A stretch of DNA of 64,000 nt from Nageia nagi. Taxonomy: Eukaryota; Plantae; Pinophyta. Shown piece by piece: positions 1 to 12,000 of the stretch. The notes beneath the pieces are model-generated. The model saw only the letters and a program-made list of their open reading frames with translations, had not been told where the DNA came from and did no database searches. The DNA is taken from assembly GCA_050084985.1 (NCBI GenBank), contig JBITNC010000001.1, positions 63,798,001-63,862,000 of the forward strand, in the 5' to 3' direction. How positions within the stretch are numbered: the first letter of the stretch is position 1; every line of letters starts with the position of its first letter. Both the position numbers and the translations under genes were made by a program.

Positions 1-49
1 GACTGTTATCTTGCGAGATTTGCAGTTCAGTTCTGCAGTAATTCACCAG
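1..49 (+). CDS. ARP9: ARP9 exon (5'-truncated), [16 protein letters not shown]
   Basis: Frame starts at base 2; ends CAG|gttgat, phase 0. Confidence 0.85.
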
Positions 50-3000
50 GTTGATATTTAAACTATTGTCCAATTACTATCATTCATTTATTTGGATATT
101 TCTTTACACTTGTCAGCGTATTATTCCAGATTTCAATACTTCTGTAAAGATAATATATGTATTTTTTTCAATGGAATCGAAAAAGGTTATTGACAGAACA
201 GTGGAATGTTTTGAATTTGTTCTTTTTGAATTCTCATTCTTTAGTATTTTACAATTTAGTGCCAAGGCTTCTTATGGATGTTACATACTTGAGTGAGAAA
301 AAACCTAATTTAAAGCAACATTGGTTTACTTAGAAAAGCATTTTAGAGTTTCATTTTATCCTTGCTGCTTCATTTCCATTTACAGAGAGCAAGATTTTCA
401 TTTCTTTCCAGTACACATCTTAATTAATTTTGGCTCTTCTTCATCTAATTATAGAAGAGGAAGCCTTCAAAAGCGTCATCTGACATTTAATTAAATAATA
501 CTTTAATAAATAAAATTTCAAAAAGACGTTCTTAAATAAAACATTAATATTCCATATTATATATGAAATTAAATCTATGATCACGAACTGTCTGTCATTC
601 TTTTATTTTTTAACCATATAATGCTTTTCAAGAAATGATCAAACACTAAATTCTTTTATCCAAGTTACCTAGATCATAAATTTCACAAGTAAAACACAGG
701 TTTAGATGGGTGTTTTTATTGTTAACGTAGGCAGTAATTGTTTTAAAGATATAAAAGTTGTTTTTGCCACGGATGAGTTGCTATAGTTTTTGTTCATTGG
801 CCAGAAGTCAGCTTAAAAGAACCTTGCATATGATGATTGTAATGTCCCTATCTTGGACGCCCCATTTTATGATAGGAATTTTAGTTTTTAATTAGATTTT
901 ATAAAATTTAAATATGGCATGAGAAAATGGACATCCCATTTAGGGGAATAATATAATTTTATTTTATAAAATTAAGTTATGATTTTAGCATGTGTTCTCT
1001 TGGATGACTTAAGTGAAGGCATAATGGAAAATTATAACATTGAGTATAAAAGGAGAAATGAGCTCATTCTCATTCGTTCTTGGATTATTATTTCTCTTCT
1101 ATATTGTGGAGTGAGCTGCTATTCTAGCTAGCTTCCCATTCTCTTTTGCAGATGAAACCCTGTAGGAGATAGAGAATCATAGGATGAAAACCCTGTGATT
1201 CTCAAGGATCTAGGGACGAAAACCTTTGGGTTCTTGGAGAACAAGGACGAAAACCCTTGCTTCCTCTTGAAGTGAATTCATACTATGCTGAATTGGAGTT
1301 TGTGTTTCTTAGGTTTTGAAGGAGAGTATTCAGATTTGAGATCTGCATTGTTGGAGACTAGATCTGCATTGTTGGAGACTATATCTGCATTATTGGAGAC
1401 TAGATCTGCATTGTTAGACACCAGGTCTGTATTGTTGGAAACCAGATTTGTATTATTGGTACAAGATCTATATTATTCAGTCTTATATAGCTATTTTGAG
1501 ATTAGTACACTTCAGATTTTGTATCAGATTGGGACGTCCAACCCTAGGGAGCATTTGGAGGGCGTTTGAAGTATTTCACGCCAGAATTCAGTCTTCACCA
1601 TTGGGACATCCAGTTTTGGTGGGGATATCTGCATAGATCAGGACCTTGAAGGCTAGACCAACATTTTTATCATCAATTATGGGCTATTACTTGGACGGCC
1701 AGAGAGTGAAGGTTTAATTTGTTGATCTGAAAGTGAATTAAAGTATTTTTGGACTTGTACATTCCAGATTTATTGCTTCTGGAGAGACGCCCAGTATATA
1801 GGAGTCCAAATCTGCAATTTAGGGGTTTCTACATCAGATTTGAGTGTTCAACATCAGATTTGTGGCTCATAGATCAGACGTCCACCACCTGGTGATTGTG
1901 ATTTGCACTTGAAGGGTTTTAAAAACAGTTCTAATACATCCTTATTGGGACGTTCATCTTTGGAATTCATTTGAGTGTGATCTGCATCAGTATTTGAGTC
2001 AGCTTGACCCAACATCCAATTTGGGAACTAGAACTGAAGAGTTAAGTGTGTTTCTTCATCATTTCATTAGTGATCTGTTGTGCCCGCACAACACACCCCA
2101 AGATGTAGCATTTTTGGGACCCAATATTTTCTTGCAAAGGCATTGAGCAGCATTACCCAGGCATGATCAGACTACGGCCAGTGTAAGTATCCTTAAGGCC
2201 TAGATGATTGAGCACCAAGGAGACATGCATTCGGACTAATGCAAAGAGTTGAACTTAGCCAGTGGCCAAGTCAGGGCCTGCTCTCAAGCAACTTCTCATA
2301 GAATGGAGTCATGGATCATGACAACAACCAGACAGTGGAGTTTCAAGCAATTGGCTAGCAAGGTGAAAAAGATGCGTTTTGACAACATTTTAGTTCAGAA
2401 GAGTCAAGTTGACCAAAAAGGAGCATTTTTGCATAGGATCAGTCCACATGCACCAAGCGCAATACAAAGGCACATTTTCGCAAAATTTGAGCATAAAAGT
2501 GCCCAGATGATAGAATGAACACTTTTTTGTCAAGTTTGAGTCCTGGTCTAGTTAATACAATTAAGATGACGAAAATGCGCGTTTTTGTACAATTTGACCC
2601 CGAAAGGGGCATTTAGAATCAAAAGGTGCGTTTTTGTCACTTTTGAGCTTGGAGAGCCAGAAAAGGGTCAGTAACACGAAAAAGCGCATTTTGGTCACTT
2701 TTGAGCTCGGAGCCGGTCAGTATAGCAAAAAAGTGCGTTTTTTCACAATTTGAGCTCGGAAAGCTCGAAAATGACCAAAATTGCCAAGTTGAGCTCAAAA
2801 TGCTTAGAAACACTGGAAATGAGCGTTTTTGCATGTTTTGAGTCCGGAAAGGCCGGAAATGTAAGTTTTGAGCTCAAAATGCCGAAAATGATCTTTTTTT
2901 ACCATTCGAGCTTGGAATTGTTTGGAAATGTCGGAAATGGTCGAAATTCATACTTAGAGCTTGAAAATGCTGAAAATGGCCGGAAATGCACCGTTTGTGC

Positions 3001-6000
3001 TTGTAAAAGATGGTAAAGACCGGAAAGGATATCCCAGGATGAGTTAGAGAGCAAGTTTGAATGCCATTGGGGAGTAAAATAAAAAATGAGCTTTTTGGCG
3101 TTCGAAAAGCTTCAAGTTGACCCCGAAAAAGTGAGTTTTTTCAAAGTGCTCGGAATGAAAATCCGAGAGGTGTGATGCCAAATGACAAATCAAGGTCACT
3201 TTGCTCTTGGAAATGTCGAAAAAATCAACTTTTGACCCCCGAAGAGTTAGGGGGGAGTTTTCCAAGTTTTCCCTCACTTAATCAAATTTCGAAAAATGGC
3301 CTATTCTCTTCAAAACCTGCACCTACCTTTTAGGAGGTCCAAATTGATCTGAAATGGCAATTTTTGAGTTCAGGAGCGTAGAGATTGCGATTCTACATCA
3401 AATTGGTCTTTCAAGTTCGCAGTTTCGACAAGTTTTGCTCAATGAAAAGTGAGAAAAACAGGAAAATGAGCAAAAGGACAGCCAATGAGAATGCTCCAAA
3501 ATTTTGAAAATTCCAAAATTGCAAAAATGTAAATCCAAAGATGAGGTAGGGTGGCAAATCAAAAATTAAGCACTTCTCCTCTTGAAATTTTCGAAATTGG
3601 GTAAATTTTGACCTTCCTAGAGCTAGGTGCTGGTTTTGGGTGTTTTCCCTCATTTTTCAAAATCTTCAAAACACCCCAAACACCTCAAAACCTGCGCCTA
3701 CCCTTCTTGTGCCCCAAGAGTGAAACAAATTGGAAATTTTGACCTTCAAGGGGTATAGGATGGGATTCCACATAAGATTGATGATTTGAGTTTTTTAAAA
3801 AAATGAGATCTACCTCCTCAAATTATCAAAATTCGATTGGCCAATGAGAGAGCTCCAAATTTTTTCTAAATTTGAAGGAGACCAATATTGCCTCTTAAAA
3901 ATTTGCAAAAAAATTAATTTTTGCCCCTCCTTTTCCTAGGCAGCAGTTTTGGCATGTTTCCCATATTTTCCAAATTCTAAAAAAACATGCCAAGACTCCT
4001 AAAACTAGTGCCTAGCCGCCAAGCCTCCTTTTTTGCTCAAAAGTCAAAAAAATTATCCTAGAAGCATAGGAAATCCAATTTTGCATCTTTTTCAAGCTTC
4101 AAGTTTTTTGAAAAACATGGATCTACTCGCCTAAAATGACAAAATTTGGATCAGCCAATGGGAGAGCTTGAAAAGTTTTCAAAATTTTCAAAAAAATTTC
4201 AAAATCGAAATTGGAAAGAAAGGTACGATGCAAAATTCCAAGGAGATCAACATTGCCTCTTGCAACTGCAAAAAAAACAAATATACCCCCTCAAAAAGCT
4301 AAGCGGCAGTTTTGGCATGTTTCCCTCATTTCTAAATTTTCCAAAAACATGCCAAGCTCCTCAAAACCAGCGCCTAGCATGCAAGCCCCCTTTTTTGCCC
4401 AAATATGAAAAATTTGATCCTAGAAGCATGGGGAATCCAATTTTGCATCTTTTTTAAGTTTCAAGTTTTTCGAAAAAAGTGGATCTAACCCCTCAAAATG
4501 ACAAAATTTGGATCAGTCAATTTGAGAGCTACAAAATTTTCCAAAATTTTTAAAAAAATCTCAAAATCAAAATTGGAAAGCAAGGTAGGGTAGCAAATCC
4601 AAATGTGACCATCTTTGCCTCTTGCAAATTTGCCAAAAAAACAAGTTATTACCCTCCAAAAGGTAGGCGCTGGTTTTGCCTTCTTTCCCATGTTTTCTCC
4701 ACTTTCCCAATGTTGGGGATGAAAAGGCTAAGTTCAAAATGCAAATTTTTTGGTCTAAAAAGCTAGGATGTTGACATATGGCACTATTTGAGCTCTCAAA
4801 GTCTATAAATACAGCCATATCCCTCCATTTTTCTCACTTCTCATTTTTGCACCTTTATGCTGCCCAAATTTTTGAGAATTTGAGAGCCAAGTGAGAAAGA
4901 AAGCCATTTTTCACCTTTGGAGCATGATTTGAACACTTAACACTTTGGCCATTCACCCAAACTCCAATGAAATTCGAAATCCAACCATCCTCCATTCACA
5001 TGAACTTCGTTTTCCAAGTTTTTAAGGATTTTCATGTCAAAACCCCATTTTTCCAAACCTAAAACACTTGAAAATTTATTTTTTCAGAATTCAAGTTTGA
5101 TCACTTTTTTGGATACCCTTTATCCTTGTGATCAACTTTTATTTTCAGAAAAAAAACCAAAAAAAATATATATGATCCAAGATCTAAGTGCTCAAAATCC
5201 TCATTTCTTTAAAAACATTTCAAAGAAATTCAATTTGTTTTTCAAAAACTACAAAAATTATTTTTGAAGTCCGTTTTGGCCATTTCAAAGTTTGAAACAC
5301 CTTCCCCATCCATCTAAGGTGTTAGAACTAGATTCAGATATCATTCACCAATTTTGCCAAATTCCACCACTTTTTCCTGTTGAAAAAGTCAACTCTTTTG
5401 AGAAAAATTGAAAATTCTGCAAATTTCCTAAAATTTTGCCAAGGCATTCTCCTTTGAATTATCTTTTTATCATACCAAACTCACCCAAAAAAGCTTTGAA
5501 AGTTGCAAATCTTGACTTTTTTTGATGATGGTACACTTGGAGAAAAAAATGCCCAAAATGCCAATTTTTGGAAAAATTCTCTTAGCTTGCGTAGAAAGTG
5601 CCACAAGCTTCCCAAGACTCCTCTAACATTGTGTTGTTCTTTTAGACAGGAACAAGATGGCATTAGTTGCTCAGAATATCAAAGATAGAAAGCAGAAAAG
5701 GCTCACGATGGATAGTCCCATCACTCTTGAACATACGTCAGAGCCCATGATGCCTACTGCAAGAATCATTGACCAACTGAGTGAGATCGGAGATACAAAT
5801 TGTAACTCCCTTGATCCAATTAAAACTTTGATGAAAATACACACATTGGATCTAGATTTGATAGTGAAGGATACTTTGAAAACTTCCTTATCACTATCAA
5901 CTTCTATGGTGCCATTTGCCACCCCCTTCTCTGAGCTGTGCTACGAGCTAGGAAAGCATTGCGACTTTCGAAACCAAAGACTTCTTGATAGAAGAAACGA

Positions 6001-9000
6001 GAAAGGGCATTCGCTTGGAAGGGCGAAGGTCAATCATACAACGTGTAAGACTCCTTGAAATTCTACAAAGGGCTGAAACCACCGGCTGATTTGATCGGAG
6101 ATTGGTTGGTTGATGATCACAAGCATCTCACAGGGAGAGCCTTAGCAACGCCAAACAGAGGAGAGTTCTATCCAGTGGTCTTCCGAATAATATCAATGCT
6201 TTCCAGAGTGTTCGGACAAAAAGATGACACCAAATTCTGGTCAGAATTCGCGGGGTTTATATATCTAATTAGTAGCGGTAAAGGCATTAGATGGAGCAAA
6301 GTGATTAGTGATTCCTTGTCTCAGCAATTGAGACATATTCAGAAGAGCAAGAAATTCTACATGAACTCCTACCTGGTTTTCCTACTCCTTCATGGTAGGG
6401 AGAGGGTAACTTCAATTGCCAATATCCAATATCTGTATAACCCTACACATCCAGTGTGGGAAAATTACCCCTGGTTCTATGCTCATAATAAATGGAACAA
6501 CGAAAACTTAATGATGATGACTAATGGTTTTGAAGGCAAAATCTATGAAGAGATCTTGGGCAGAGCTAATGTATTCAAAATATCCAATGAAGCTGCTGCC
6601 ACTATCAGGGGACACATGGACTTCTTCATGGAGGACATAGAATTCACATATCTCAGAGTCTATGGCTCCAAAGAAGGTCCATACAAGCTACCCCTTTATG
6701 CAAGTGATCATCTCATCCTTATGGAATTCTCAAGACATTTGCTTAACGTACATGACAAGGTATGGGTAAAGAAGGTGGCCGCCAGCTACCAATTACCTCT
6801 CATCATTTGGGAATTATGAATGCACCACCTGGATTTAGATCGACATGATCAAACAAGAGCTGGCCAAGTATGAGTTCCCAATTGAAGTAGCTGCGGATAA
6901 CTATGATCCTGATGGAGTGATTGATGCATTTTTCCAAAAAACATGGAACGCATCATATCCACATCAGGTCTCCTGGTAGTATTGAAAGGTACAGGAACAT
7001 TCAGGATGCTTTGCAGGTTCAACAAATTCACATGGAGCTGAAGAAAGAATAAAAACAGCAAGAAGCCGAAGAAGCTGCTAGGTTAAGAGCCAATGCACAG
7101 GTCACTGTACCCCCGAGCCAAGGGTATATTATTTCTTTAATATCACCTTCAGTAATCCTAGCTCAAGGACAGAATGGGCAGTATGCTACCAACAACATCC
7201 TTGGACAAACTATTGAAACAACTGTCATGGGTATAAAGAATGCCATCCTGGACCTTAGAAAAGCAGGCTTAATCTCTTAACTACTCAAACACTTGCTGAA
7301 AAAGATAGATCTTCCACAAGGTTTGAATTGGAGTGGTATATGCCTGAATCAAAATCCCAGAACATCATCATCTAGTTTTGGCAAGTATGGGCTGAGCAGT
7401 TCGCCAGAGTCCGATGAAGAGATGGATTTTAGTGCAGTCATCGATATCAATATGGACAGAAATCAAGATATTGTCTTCGACAGGGTTGACATTGGTCATT
7501 CAGTAGAGATTCTTGACAAAGCTAGTCTCTCAATTGATGTGACTGTATAGCAAGCAGTAGGAGCAACCACCTCAAAATCCGCTTCTCAAAAACATGCATC
7601 GCAAATGCCACCATCGCAGAGGACTACAACAACATCAGTACAGAAGGGTATATCAAGACGTAGAGCAATGGCATCATCTTTAGGGGGAGATGATGGAAAT
7701 CAAGAGGATGAGGGAGAAAATGAAGAACAAAGAAGAAAGAGAAGACAAGTAGAGCATGATAGTGAGATCATCAAATACGGAGAGATGGTTCCCTATGGAA
7801 AACAACCCATGGAACCCCGCTTTGACATGGTTGCAGTGATGGCTAATTTGAGTTCAAATCACCCCTGTGAAGGAGAAGATTCCGAAGATGAAAATGAGGA
7901 ACTTCAGCAGATTGATACTCTTACCACCATTGTAGGAAAAATCACCTACAAGGACAAGTTGTACTTAAGAAAACACAAGGCTGGTATCGGAAAGTTTGCC
8001 CTTACAGTTGAAACAAAAGAAGCCCTAGTAGAGATTGTTGGCTCATTGGGAATGGAGCACAACATCATCACCAATGCACGGGCGTTAAGGGAATCCGGTA
8101 CCTTATTAAAGTTAGAGGTCTGAGAGTTGAAGAAGATAGTGGCGAGACAAGAAATGATTGACAAAGAAATCAAGGTTGCTAATTTGATGGTTGAAGACAT
8201 CAAAAAGCAGGTCGACTTAAACACTGGAATCACCGCTTTGAAACAAAGATGGACCAAGAACCTTATTGAGGCCATCAAAGCACTCCAGTCAAGTATGGTA
8301 AATCTTTATATTGAAGAGGAGGGGTCGCATTCTCAAGCAGAGAAAATAGACCAGTTAATTATCAGATGGAAGAGTGGGTACCCCACAATGTTTGACCTAC
8401 AGAGAAGGGCAACCCATCACCTATTCGTGCTCGATTTTTGCATTGATTGGTTCCAATTGTATGATTACCTATTTTACATCAAAGCAAAATCCACTTACTT
8501 CATATACACAAAAACTCAATTCAAAGCCATCATCAGTGAATAGGAAAGGGAATACGAATTCTAGGTACACTTGTTTGAAGAAAACGGTAGCATCAAGGAG
8601 TATATGACAGTGATGGCAATGATCCATGCCACTATTGCAGAACAATTGTGCCCCGAGGACCCACATAGCCTGAAGACAGGAAAACAAATGACAGGAGGGA
8701 TGAGATTGGCCGATTGGTGCAAGGAAATGGTCAAAAGCAATAAGGCCATCCTGGAGCACTTGTTATCAAACGAAGGAGCCCTCTAGACAATCCACCGTGC
8801 CATCAGGAATGTAGAAGCGTTCATGGGAGATGATTTTGAAGCCAAAATTGCTACAAACGTGCAAGTCATCTTTCCACAATCGCTAGAATAGAAAGGGGTC
8901 TATTTTGGCAAGTTTTTAATATGTAAGCCAAATATTGGCTAACTTAGTGGATTTCCACTAAGTTTTATTGTAATCTTAATTAGCAATTTCAATTAGCTTG

Positions 9001-12000
9001 TAAATAGTTTTACTATTGCAATTAGAGATTAGGGTTTCAATAGTGACTTTTAGGGTTTCCTAAAGTCTATAAATAAGAGATCAAGGGTCTCATTTCATTC
9101 AATGACTTCATTTTGAAGCAAAACACTTCAAGCTTGAAGAGAGAACTTTGTAAGAGAGTAGCAAATTGATGTATCCTTGCACAACTCTTTTTCAAATTAA
9201 TACAAAGTGGTTAAAGCAAAGATTTGAGTTTGAAACTTTTCATATTGGTGTTATTGATTGAGTCTTTGAGAGCACTCATAGTGGATTTGTGTACTTTCGT
9301 TTTATTCCTTTGAAAGCTCATGAGCTTTAGGGAAGTTATCTCTGAAAAACTTTAAAAAGTGCTTGAAGTCTACCTATGCTTGTTGCTTGATCCTTAACAT
9401 GCAAGTTGATTGGCTATTCTATGTCATATTTCTACTTTCATGACATCATGTTAGGTCCTTCATCCAAAACCATGATCCTTTCATTTTGAGATTTTCCATC
9501 ACCATCCATTTGACGTTCCTCCCCGCTCCTCTTTGAAGCATTTCGAATGTTGAGTTGTTTGCTTGCAATGTTGGATGAATTGGATGAAAAGTCCTTAATT
9601 GATTCGGAAGAGATCAACTTTTAGACACTTTCCCGTTATTGAACCTCGAACTCATAATCCAACCAAGTATCCATTTGTTTCTCCAAGGTGTTGTCCTTCA
9701 TCTTTTACCATTTTTTCTTTTATGCTTTATTTATACTTTCAAGCCCAAATACAATCATTAAGTCCACACACAAAAGTTCTGAACAAACTCTATACATCAA
9801 AGAATAAAACATCGTTGGTTAACAAACTACATACCTCTCATTCCATTCTATTGAGGCTGATTCCAAAGAGGGATACCGCACTTTCTTTCTATATATATCC
9901 CTATTCAGAAAACACACTTGACAAACAAGCATTACGCCATGACGTTGGAGTTGTTGGGCAAGGTGTTTCAACAAGAGCCTTGGAGTTACACAATCCTTTT
10001 CAACCGGGGGAATTGGTAACACATTCCCAACTATGTTGTTTGAGATCTCCTAAGTTTCTCCCGCGATATTCAGAGTGTCCCGCACGGGAAAGAAAAGTAT
10101 CCTAACATGATCTGCATTAGGTGTGAATTAGACTGGTTTATTTTAATTGCTGCCATTGTATTTTAGTGTGATTTATCAGACATTGCAATAAATATATCAG
10201 ATTTGCAATTCTTTTGTTGTGGATGTTTTGAGTTGTGTGATTTTCTAGTTAGAATTTGTGAAAACTTACAATTACAAATCAAGAAAGTTTTGGTTTTGAG
10301 CACAAAAATTTGCAGCTAGGATTTGCATTTTCAGTTTGGGGATATTTTATGTAACTGAATCCTCCTTTATAAGAGATTTTTACCTTTACTCATCTGCCAT
10401 CTGAAATGATCATTCAGCTCTTTTTGTTGGAGTATATCGAATTGGGTTCTAGAATGCAGTTTGCCTGCCTTCTGTGCTATTGGTCTTTCACTCCATAATT
10501 AGTATTTGAGCTGAGTTTGGAAATTTGGAATTCACTAAATTCACTAAATGTCATCAAATTTGGAAATTTTGATTTCAATATTTTGGCTTCTTTCTATACC
10601 ATGCTAAGATAAGTAAAACATATTTGTATTGATCTTATAATTGAAAGTTACTGTAAATTATTCCAATGAAGAAACTCTTTTATTTGGCATAAAATGGTCA
10701 GGTTTACATCTTGGTCTATTTAAAATGCGAAAACCATTTCCAATATCTCCGAGATGGGTTTAAAATTATGGCATTTCTTTGGACGTATTAATTTGAAGAT
10801 ACAAAAAAATAAGGTTCTGTTAGATCACAGTTTTGTTAAGAAGTTTAGGAGGCATCTATATGAATCCTTTCATTGGATATTTTTTAAGTTGAATTAAAAT
10901 AGTAAATACTCAATTTGATGTACAGTTTTTGAATTATACTTCAGGAAAGTGTTGCTGCAACCTTTGGAAATGGGGTATCTTCTGCATGCGTAGTGAATAT
11001 TGGTGCTCAAGTTATATCCATTTTGTGTACCGAGGCAAGTTCAACTATTGTTTATTAGATTTTGCTTTTCTTGAAACAGGCTATGCATGATGTTTAGTTT
11101 GCTGACTCAATAATAAAGGATAGAACAAACATTGTACATCCCTTATCAAGAAAATCCAATTCTGTTGGACTCTTCAAAATGAGGGATCAAAAATTTTAAA
11201 TGTATTGCTTTTGCCTATTTCCATGTTTGCTCACGATGCATGTGTATGTTTTCCTTGTAATTGTATTCCTGTTAATATTCAGGATGGAGTTGCAATGCCA
11301 ACAACAAGGGTTACACTCCCATTTGGTGGAGAGGTAGGACTACTTTTTTAAGTGATCATCATTGTAAGTAATAGAAAATCTGTTCTATTAACAAATTTCC
11401 TACAGACGATCTTGAATTCTTTTCAGATATGCTGGAAATTCTCTATTGATGAGTATTTGGTGTTGGATTTATCTTTACATTGTAACTTTTATAATTCTCA
11501 GACCATTATATCTTTGGTGTGCACACACGTATGCTGATTTGAACTTTACATAGACTGTTGCATACTCTAAAGCTTTTTTTAGGTTTTTTATTTTTTAATT
11601 GTACATAACTTTGATGGGATTAAAAAGGATCTACATCTTTGTGAAGAAACTATTGCATTTCCATGTACATATCTTCCTTAATAGGCCACACATGTCTTCG
11701 TTCATCATAACTCTGAACTTGACACCTCTATTATGGTTTATAAGTATCCTAAAGTGGACATTATCTTAGTGTGAACCGTGAATAGCTTTTGAGAACTCTG
11801 CATTTTAGTATCAATACTTATTATGTGCTTAGGCACCACATATACTGGTAGTTGCATTGTCAAAATTTGAACATCTGGTGATTCCATGGTGCAACTGAAG
11901 TTGTTATAAATAGAGGATAAAATTAGTTTACCCACCAGAACCTGATGTTCTGTTCTTTAGGGTATATGGACAAGGTAACACTTACGATACCTATGATGTT

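Larger units (their letters stand above)
2076..10107 (+). mobile_element. Giant (8,032 bp) gene-carrying Tat-like solo LTR, element A
   Basis: TGTTG...TAACA termini; perfect TSD TGATC (2071-2075 and 10108-10112); both ends resemble the TatII 5' LTR at 55572-58088; no internal LTR repeat, PBS or gag/pol seen. Confidence 0.85.
838..10349 (+). mobile_element. Old ~1.5-kb solo LTR (Gypsy-type), split by the 8-kb element at 2076-10107
   Basis: Starts TGTAATGTCCC; TATA-like tataaaagg near 1045; decayed end ggggatatttta near 10349; no clean TSD; related 5' fragment at 12028. Confidence 0.55.

Noticed and set aside
1285-1569. ORF with SALLETR repeats
   Set aside because: By-product of a 21-bp tandem repeat in an LTR
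9599-10105. 168-aa ORF at the 3' end of element A
   Set aside because: No counterpart in the other family LTRs and no recognisable motif; likely a chance ORF
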